From assembly GCA_000002445.1 (NCBI GenBank), contig CM000207.1:1824001-1888000 (forward strand): a stretch of DNA of 64,000 nt, written 5' to 3'. This document shows positions 57,056 through 64,000 of this stretch, piece after piece. The DNA is from Trypanosoma brucei (Eukaryota). The translations under genes were made by a program, and so were the position numbers. Within the stretch, counting starts at the first letter, position 1; the number at the start of each line of letters is the position of its first letter. A model generated the notes under the pieces. It did not search any database. It worked only from the letters and a program-made list of their open reading frames with translations, and had not been told where the DNA came from.

Positions 57056-57463
57056 TTTTATTTCTCTTTTCTCCTTTCTTTGTTTGTTTTTTTCACTGTT
57101 TTTCGCAATCGCTTCATTTTTTCGTTGGGTTTGTCTCAAAACAGGGGGAGAAGGGAAAGAAAAAGGAGAAAAAGGACTCTTGTTGTGTGTGTATATATAT
57201 TGTGTAATTGTTTTTATTTGATATTTTTGTTACTTCCATGCCCTTCTTTTTTGTTTTTTCCCCTCCGTTTTGACTTCCTTTTGTGTTTTTCCACTACCTC
57301 GTTTCATAGCACTTTCTCAAAAAGAAAAAGTGAAAGAAAAACTATAAATATTTGTATTTATATTACCATCACTGTGTTGGTGTATGTGCTTGTTACTGTG
57401 TCAACTTTCCCTCTATTTCTTTCCTTCTCCTCTATCTCCCCCTAAGCTCCCTTTATATATATA

Positions 57464-57497
<34 letters not shown>

Positions 57498-58625
57498 CAA
57501 TTATACTGAGTGGTAAATATGTCAATACACTACGCGGGCAATCATCTTATATTAACTGTGCCGCCTTTTTTTTTTCTTGACGGTCGGTGTGTTTTTACGA
57601 TGTGAATATCCGAAATGTCATCTTTGGGTCAAGATTTATCTCTTGTTGGTTATTTCTTTTTTTTTTTTGCGCACGCATGTTTTCTTACGTGTGTGTCACG
57701 AGCGAAGGAAAAAAAAGATAAAAAGAAGGAAAATAAAGGTGTTTCCGCATATCAATATAATATTATACATATTTTTACACTTCTGTAATATGTGTGTATA
57801 TATTTATTTGTTTTGACATATGTGCATATTATATTATATCATATTATATTATATTATGTGACTATGCTTATGGTGACGGGAGCCGATGAGATGGTTTTGA
57901 GCACTTGTTTTTGTGCTGTTTTTCTTCATTGCTTGTAGGCAGTTTGATATCAGTGAGACTATTTGAAGTATTTCTCAGTAAACCTTTTCGCTCCCTTCCT
58001 TACTTTTTGTTTCTTCCATACTTCATTTTTTTTTTCCTTTTGATGCACATGCTTTCATGTTTTTCCTCCTCGACTTAAAAGGGGGAAAATTAATGAAAGA
58101 AAAAAATGGCAGGGGAGCTTGAAGAAAGGAAAGGGTGTTGATTAAAAAAAAAAGGATTCTGGAACAGAAGGAAGGAGGAAATTGATAAGTTAATCCGCAA
58201 AATAATAATAATATTTAATGGTCCTGGTTTTTCAAATCAGTTTCCATATAGACAAAGAACTGAATTGTGTTGAGATGTTTCTTTTGCTGCTGTTGTTGCG
58301 AGAGTTTAAGCACTTCCCTCACATCACTGGACTACACAGTGTGATTGTCTTCATTAATGAGTCTATCAACGACTTTCCTGTCGTTTCTTACATGAAGCTG
58401 TTGGGAATTACACTTATATTAGCATATTTATTCATATATTCTTTTGTGTCTGACTTTCATTTCTCCTGTGTGATGCGGAACAGGAGTTTATTTTCCCTTT
58501 TCCACATATACATACTCACAAGTATATACATATATAAATGCGTACGTTTGTTTCTAAAATGCCCCATCTTTACAGTATGCTTTTCTTAATTATGACTTGG
58601 TCTTGCCTAAAGGTGGAAGGCAAGG

Positions 58626-60110
58626 ATGTATGCTGATGAAGAGGAGAGTCGTTTCACTGGTAATATTCATACAATGCCTTCGATGACTGCAAACGGTAAG
58701 AATAAGGAATCCGCAACGGAAACGACAGATCTGCTCAGGAATGGCGGCTCCAAAGACGATGAAAATGTAGGTTATACATCAGTCTTCACGCAAACAATTG
58801 TCGTTATGCGACATGGGGAGAGGCGTGACGGGTCGGTGGATGCGGAACCGGAAGCGGATCCTCCTCTTACAGAACAGGGTTTAGCAAATGTGTCAAACGC
58901 AGCAACAGAGCTTCGTAACATTCTTGGAAGCAGAACAACACAGAATTTGCAGATTTTGACCTCACCGTTTTTAAGGACTATGCAGACAGCTGAGAGGCTG
59001 CAAAAGTGTGGAATAGGTGTAAGACGGCAGCGAATTGTAGACAACAACCTTTGTGAGGTGTACGGGCCATTGAGAATTAAAAGTAAAGAACCACCCCGCT
59101 TACCCGATGATGCTGTGGTGTCCGGACGTGGGTCGCTGCCTCTGTGGGGGGAGTCCCTCGAGTCAGCAACAAAACGGTTTGCTGATGCGTTACAAATGAA
59201 CTCACGCACATATTCGGAAGCGAATCTACTATTCGTAACACACGGCGATGCCTTAGGTGCTATCGTTTCTGCACTCTATCCAATGCGGATGGTTTATGAG
59301 GCGGAATACCTCTCTTTCATTGTTCTGCGGAAAAATAAGATAGAAAATAGCTTAGCAAGTGGATGCCGTGAGTTTGAACTTGTGGCTTCCAAAGGTGTGC
59401 AATGGATGGTTACAGGTCCGGAGGATTGCGACCCACAAGAGTCGGGTCATGCAGCTTCTGAGGATTCCGCTTTAGGCAAGAAGAGCGACCCTTTCGGGCA
59501 ACCGAGAGGTGATTCACCTCTTCACATTTCCCGCCGCCCCTTTGGAGCTGAAGACGGTGCGTCACCCATTAATTTACACAACCTCTCCAATGAGGAGGGC
59601 CGCGGGTGCTTACTGGATTTTTGGTTACTTTTTGTATTTCGCGTGTTGGCAGTGGCGTCGCAGGCACCTCTGCTTTTTTTCCTTGAGACAAACCTTAAGG
59701 ATGCTGGTACGTATATCACTGTTGTTTTGCTACTCGAGTTGATATTCTTTTATGCCTCCACCACTGACGAGAGATATTTTGGTTTTTATCAGGCGCTCGT
59801 AGCTGTTGAGAATTTTCCTGCAGTTTGTCGGCGAAGTTACAGGTCACTTTCCGGTGGTCACGGTGCGAGCACCCCTCGACCCAATGTACTGTTGGTACTT
59901 TGCGCCGCGAGCTTAAAGTGTTTTGCCATTTTTGCTATTGCTAGCGGTGCTGCCGCGTTTTTAAGCCTTTTCCCCGGTATCCACTTCACAATGTTTGATT
60001 CGTATAAGATGATATTCAACTCATTCTGGAGTGCGCTGCTGGTATTGTTTTTGCTCTTATTTAACTTTGTCCGTGTATACTGCTACGTGTCGGTAGCTTT
60101 GGCGGGTTAA
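58626..60110 (+). CDS. histidine phosphatase superfamily (phosphoglycerate-mutase-like) protein with a long hydrophobic C-terminal extension
   Basis: 'IVVMRHGERRD' is the catalytic R-H-G signature. A downstream 'LFVTHGDALGAIVSAL' provides the second conserved His. The C-terminal about 170 aa is rich in F/L/V/A with several predicted TM-like segments. Confidence 0.65.
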   Translation: MYADEEESRFTGNIHTMPSMTANGKNKESATETTDLLRNGGSKDDENVGYTSVFTQTIVVMRHGERRDGSVDAEPEADPPLTEQGLANVSNAATELRNILGSRTTQNLQILTSPFLRTMQTAERLQKCGIGVRRQRIVDNNLCEVYGPLRIKSKEPPRLPDDAVVSGRGSLPLWGESLESATKRFADALQMNSRTYSEANLLFVTHGDALGAIVSALYPMRMVYEAEYLSFIVLRKNKIENSLASGCREFELVASKGVQWMVTGPEDCDPQESGHAASEDSALGKKSDPFGQPRGDSPLHISRRPFGAEDGASPINLHNLSNEEGRGCLLDFWLLFVFRVLAVASQAPLLFFLETNLKDAGTYITVVLLLELIFFYASTTDERYFGFYQALVAVENFPAVCRRSYRSLSGGHGASTPRPNVLLVLCAASLKCFAIFAIASGAAAFLSLFPGIHFTMFDSYKMIFNSFWSALLVLFLLLFNFVRVYCYVSVALAG

Positions 60111-60487
60111 TGGTTCCATTGGCGCGTGTGTTTTTGATCTCAATACTCCCAGAAAATAACGCAGCTATGCATTTAGAAAAGGAAAATGAATAAGGCGGTG
60201 GGGTGCACTGCACATGGTATAGTGAAAAAAAAAAGGAACAAAGGTAAAATACGAGTGAGGGTATCTGAAAGCACCGGGCGAGATTATTATTATTATTATT
60301 ATCATTATTTTTTGTCGAGGTGCCGCCCGTATTTTGGGTGCATACGTTTGTTTTCCGCAGTTCGAGACGCGTTGGGAAGACGGTGGTCACCGTTAGAGAA
60401 TTAATGAAAAAAAAAGCAAGGGGGTCTTAGTGTTTTACAGAGAAGACGGACAATGAATGCATGCTCACGAATGCATATGTGCGTCTT

Positions 60488-60499
60488 TCCTTTTTTTTT

Positions 60500-60539
<40 letters not shown>

Positions 60540-60546
60540 CGCGCGC
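60488..60546. repeat. compound microsatellite T(n)-(CT)n-(GT)n-(GC)n
   Basis: The run reads ttttttttttctctctctctctctctctctctgtgtgtgtgtgtgtgcgcgcgc. Confidence 0.9.
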
Positions 60547-60808
60547 ATATGTGCTTGTATATATATGATGGAGCTCACTGTTGACGGTTGCACTTTTATT
60601 TATGTTAAGTCATGTGTCACACCCCACTTATTATTTCATTTTTCTTTCAGCATTTAGGTAGGGAGGATTTTCAAGCGCTTAGGTAAATAGAAAGCTGGGA
60701 GAGTGGTGTCGCCCGCTTGTTACAGTAAAGTAGTTTGCATTTTGTGTGTGTGTGTTATACCTCCTTTGGCTCTCATATAACGCTCGATTATACTCCAAAA
60801 TTCTCTTC

Positions 60809-61420
60809 ATGCAAACCAATGAACGTGTCGTCACTACTGTGGACGAACTGACATCTCGTGTTGCGCAGCGTTCAAACCTTTCCGGCGACGCCGTTCCCTT
60901 TACACCTTCATTTCTTCAAGTTCCAGCAGCGTCAACAACCGTACCAACTACAGTAACGCAGCAATCAGGAGTAGTAACGGTGGCTCATGTGCGTGAAAAC
61001 GGAGGGAAAGGGATGAGTGAAGAGGGAAAATTAAAGAGGAGAAACCACAACAGCAAAAGCGGCAATAGAAAGGCAAACAGAGACAAAGATCGCAAAGATG
61101 TCTCCACGATTTCACCACAACAGCATGGTGGGGAGAGTGGTGGGGATTTGGAAATGTGTCAAGAGGAAATTGTCAAAGCTTTGACATTGGTAGCACCCAT
61201 TTACAATGCACTGGAGGGTATGACTGAAGACGAGAAGTTGCTTCTTGAGGGTTACTTATGCAACTCGGGAACGAACAATGAAAGCGAAACATACGACATT
61301 GACGAAGATGATCGTTTATTTGTTAACGACGATGATGGGATTAACTCGGAGGAGGAAGTGTGGATACTCCAACAGATGATGGACGCGGATGCACGGGTGT
61401 GTGAGCAACACGAAGAGTAA
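60809..61420 (+). CDS. hypothetical acidic protein (about 203 aa). The tracker ORF starts at 60746, but its first 21 codons (MCVLYLLWLSY...) read through a pyrimidine-rich leader.
   Basis: A non-repetitive ORF with an acidic C-terminus (DIDEDDRLFVNDDDGINSEEE). No family recognised. Confidence 0.45.
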   Translation: MQTNERVVTTVDELTSRVAQRSNLSGDAVPFTPSFLQVPAASTTVPTTVTQQSGVVTVAHVRENGGKGMSEEGKLKRRNHNSKSGNRKANRDKDRKDVSTISPQQHGGESGGDLEMCQEEIVKALTLVAPIYNALEGMTEDEKLLLEGYLCNSGTNNESETYDIDEDDRLFVNDDDGINSEEEVWILQQMMDADARVCEQHEE

Positions 61421-62837
61421 AATTTATGAGGATAATTATGGGTTTTGTGGAAGTGAAAACGCAAAATAAACGGTAGGAGGAGTTGGCGAACGAATTAGAA
61501 GTGATGTCCATAGAGATGTTGTTAATAAAATTATGATGTAGGTGAACATTACCATTGAAAGGTGCATGCTGGGGCCGAGGATTTTCTGTTGTGTTTTCTC
61601 CCTTGCATTACAAACTCTGGGTTGGCGATGGTGATGAATTGGACTCCGTGTGTGTGTGAGAGAGAGAGAGATATCGTTGAAAGTACAAACTAATGACGAT
61701 AATCCCTTTTATTGTTAGTTAGTTATTTTTTGGTTTCGTACGCAATTGAATTATTGGAGGTCTGCCCTCACTTTTGTTTGTGGGTTCCTTCAAGCGGTAT
61801 CATAGAAGGGGAAGAAGCACATACGTATTTTTGGTTGTCTATTAGCCACATATTGGAGCAATGTTCACAAACAAGTGAGAGCAAGCAAATACGTACAAAA
61901 GGGAAAGAAAACAGTGCATAAAATAATTGCCGGGCTTAAACCCTATATATATATGTGCGTGTGTGTGTGTGTGTGTATTTTTTCATATTTATTCCGGACT
62001 TTCTCTTCCCTACCGTAAACTGTTCAGATGCAATCGTTTAGTGGATGCTAGTTCAGGGCCAACCACCGATTATTGGTTTACATTTCATTTGAAATGTTGT
62101 TCCCGTGACACAATCCATATCGTGACGCTGCATCTTGTTTGTGCAAAGCAAAATATGGTTTTCGAACCTTTCCCTCACTAAAACGTCTTGTTTTCAAGTT
62201 TAATTGCTGTTTGCCTCGTATTTTTCCTCTTTGTGTTTCGTTGTGCTCTTTAGCGTTACTTTCCGACTGTGTCACCTCACTCTTAAAGTTTCGGCTGTTC
62301 ACTCCCTTCCCCAACATGACGCACAACAAACCTTTCCCCTTTATATCATGAAATGATGAGTTGCGCGTACGGAACTGCAAAATGTTGCACTTAGTTATTT
62401 AATCTCTTCGGTATATGTTTTCTACTTTTGAATAGACGAAGCTTAAGTAATAGAGGAAGCATATAACACTAAAGACGGGTTGGTGGTTGTTAAACATTCA
62501 TTTAACCCCCTTCAGGCTACCCCGGGCCCTATCGGGAGAATTATATATATATATTGTTCTGTGTGGTGGTACATTGTGACGAGTAAAAAAAAGCTTCTGT
62601 TGACGGCAAGAGGGGTGAAACGTTTATATTTGTGGATAGGACGCGGGTGGGAGCGAAAGAGTGACCAACTATATAGGTATTTATAGTTGAGTGTTAACGT
62701 CGATTTTATTTTTTCTTAATCTTTATTTTTAAACAGGTTTTTTGTACATTTGTTGTTGGCTTGAGAACAAGCCCTCCACCGTTCTTTGACCACTTTTCGA
62801 AAGCCAGTCACTGGTGAGGTTGGGGCAATCTCAGGTG

Positions 62838-64000
62838 ATGTGTGCCTTAAGGGATATCGCGTCAACTTCGCCTTTAGGTGATGCCATTCGTGACCGCATT
62901 AAGGGAGGTATAATTATTACTACTGGTGAGGGAGCTGGTTCTTCTCCAGCCTCCACAATAAACTCGAGCCCACTTGGGATGGGTAGAGGAAGTGATGATA
63001 GTGCACACAGCCCCCGCTCTGGGAATCCGCTCGGGTGGGAGGGGCTGGAGGGACAGTCCTTGCCGTTCTTTGGCACGAGGTCACGGGATGGGACGGATAC
63101 CTGTATTCACTCACATTCATATGACCAACCACATGTCTGCCCAATATCTATGGAGAGAAACCTGAGGCCAAGCAGTAGCGTTTCGTGGTTATGTGATGAA
63201 ACCTTGTCGGAGGGTTTAGCCGGCTCACCGAAATCATCATTCTCTCCACTGGTTGCTTCTCCACGGTTCGTCAACCTTCGCGATTCTGTGGTTGCGGCCT
63301 CACCATTGGACTATTCTGAAGAGCACTCACCGCGTTTCGCCAGTGGCCCTTCTGAACGAGGCGGTTCATTTTGTTCACAGTTTTCAGACAACATTGCATT
63401 AGGAAAACAGTTGCAAGGTGCCCTCGCAAACCCAACTCTGTGGTGCTCCAAGGAGGAATCACCTCGTAGCACTGCGGCGTCGCCGCACTCTCCGCGTGTT
63501 GGCTGTTCGGGAAACTGTCTGGAGAGTCCTGATCTCAAAGTTGCCTCCGCTTCTCAACCAGGTCCCGCAGCCCCCTCGCATGATCCATGGAAGAAAGCAC
63601 TACGTTGTCTTACAATTACTGCTACATTGCAAATGCTTTTATTCGTAGTGGTATTTGCGACTCATTACTTTGTGACTACATGGGTCTTAGTACAGATTCA
63701 GGCAAAATGCACAAACAGCAGTTTAGCACCAGCGCGTTGCCACACATTTATTGGGGACCGCCGGCCTCACCGTCTTGGATTCATCACCACGGAAAACTTC
63801 ACTGTTGTTGGCACATTGTCAGGTTTCGTAGCCACAGCTCTTGGAGTGATGATACTGCGGTATCTACTGTGGCATACGCTGCGTTCCTTTTCGATGGGGA
63901 CAGTAAGTTTGATTTGCCGTGTGGCGCCTTTACTACAACAAGACAAGGATGCAATTGTTTACCAACTGCAGGTGGCGACCAGTTTTTCAAGGAAAGAAGC
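62838..64000 (+). CDS. 5' part of a hypothetical protein (387 aa or more, continues beyond the window). It has a Ser/Pro-rich N-terminal region followed by hydrophobic helices.
   Basis: A manual frame walk shows no stop codon from the ATG at 62838 (first ATG after the in-frame TGA at 62787) to the window end. The six-frame track omits it only because no stop falls inside the window. Predicted TM-like segments include 'LTITATLQMLLFVVVFATHYF' and 'FTVVGTLSGFVATALGVMILRYLLW'. Confidence 0.5.
   Translation, partial: MCALRDIASTSPLGDAIRDRIKGGIIITTGEGAGSSPASTINSSPLGMGRGSDDSAHSPRSGNPLGWEGLEGQSLPFFGTRSRDGTDTCIHSHSYDQPHVCPISMERNLRPSSSVSWLCDETLSEGLAGSPKSSFSPLVASPRFVNLRDSVVAASPLDYSEEHSPRFASGPSERGGSFCSQFSDNIALGKQLQGALANPTLWCSKEESPRSTAASPHSPRVGCSGNCLESPDLKVASASQPGPAAPSHDPWKKALRCLTITATLQMLLFVVVFATHYFVTTWVLVQIQAKCTNSSLAPARCHTFIGDRRPHRLGFITTENFTVVGTLSGFVATALGVMILRYLLWHTLRSFSMGTVSLICRVAPLLQQDKDAIVYQLQVATSFSRKE

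Overview
The window looks like kinetoplastid nuclear DNA. It is a single-direction polycistronic gene array: every credible protein-coding ORF is on the + strand and intron-free. ORFs are separated by intergenic regions rich in polypyrimidine tracts and simple repeats. There are no Shine-Dalgarno-type operon signals and no CRISPR, rRNA or tRNA genes. Gene content is typical eukaryotic housekeeping. One ORF (19482..20921) is, from memory, essentially the Trypanosoma brucei 6-phosphogluconate dehydrogenase sequence. Together with a VP39-like cap 2'-O-methyltransferase and PEX19 nearby, this suggests a T. brucei-group chromosome segment, possibly chr 9. That assignment is inference, not a search result. 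Recognisable genes, in order: CDC50/LEM3 C-terminal fragment, VP39-like mRNA cap 2'-O-methyltransferase, a giant 2086-aa HEAT/ARM-like protein, an RsmI-like tetrapyrrole-methylase-fold protein, 6PGDH, a mitochondrial carrier, TRAPPC5/Trs31, an LRR protein, two tandem RPL31 copies, PEX19, an RFC small subunit, a coiled-coil protein, a Cys/Met-metabolism PLP enzyme (cystathionine gamma-lyase family), a thioredoxin-like protein, a PP2A B'' EF-hand regulatory subunit, an RRM protein with PAM2 and PPxY motifs, a histidine-phosphatase-fold protein, plus several hypotheticals and an open-ended ORF at the 3' edge. The most interesting non-coding structure is a 662-bp tandem array of about 3.2 copies at 41699..43795. 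It carries repeated canonical C-box (TGATGA) and D-box (CTGA) pairs and is most parsimoniously a snoRNA gene cluster. The ORF tracker mistranslates it as repeated 93-aa ORFs. Also notable are two unusually long (about 4.5 and 5.1 kb) low-complexity intergenic/UTR regions, a canonical G-quadruplex motif, and several microsatellites.
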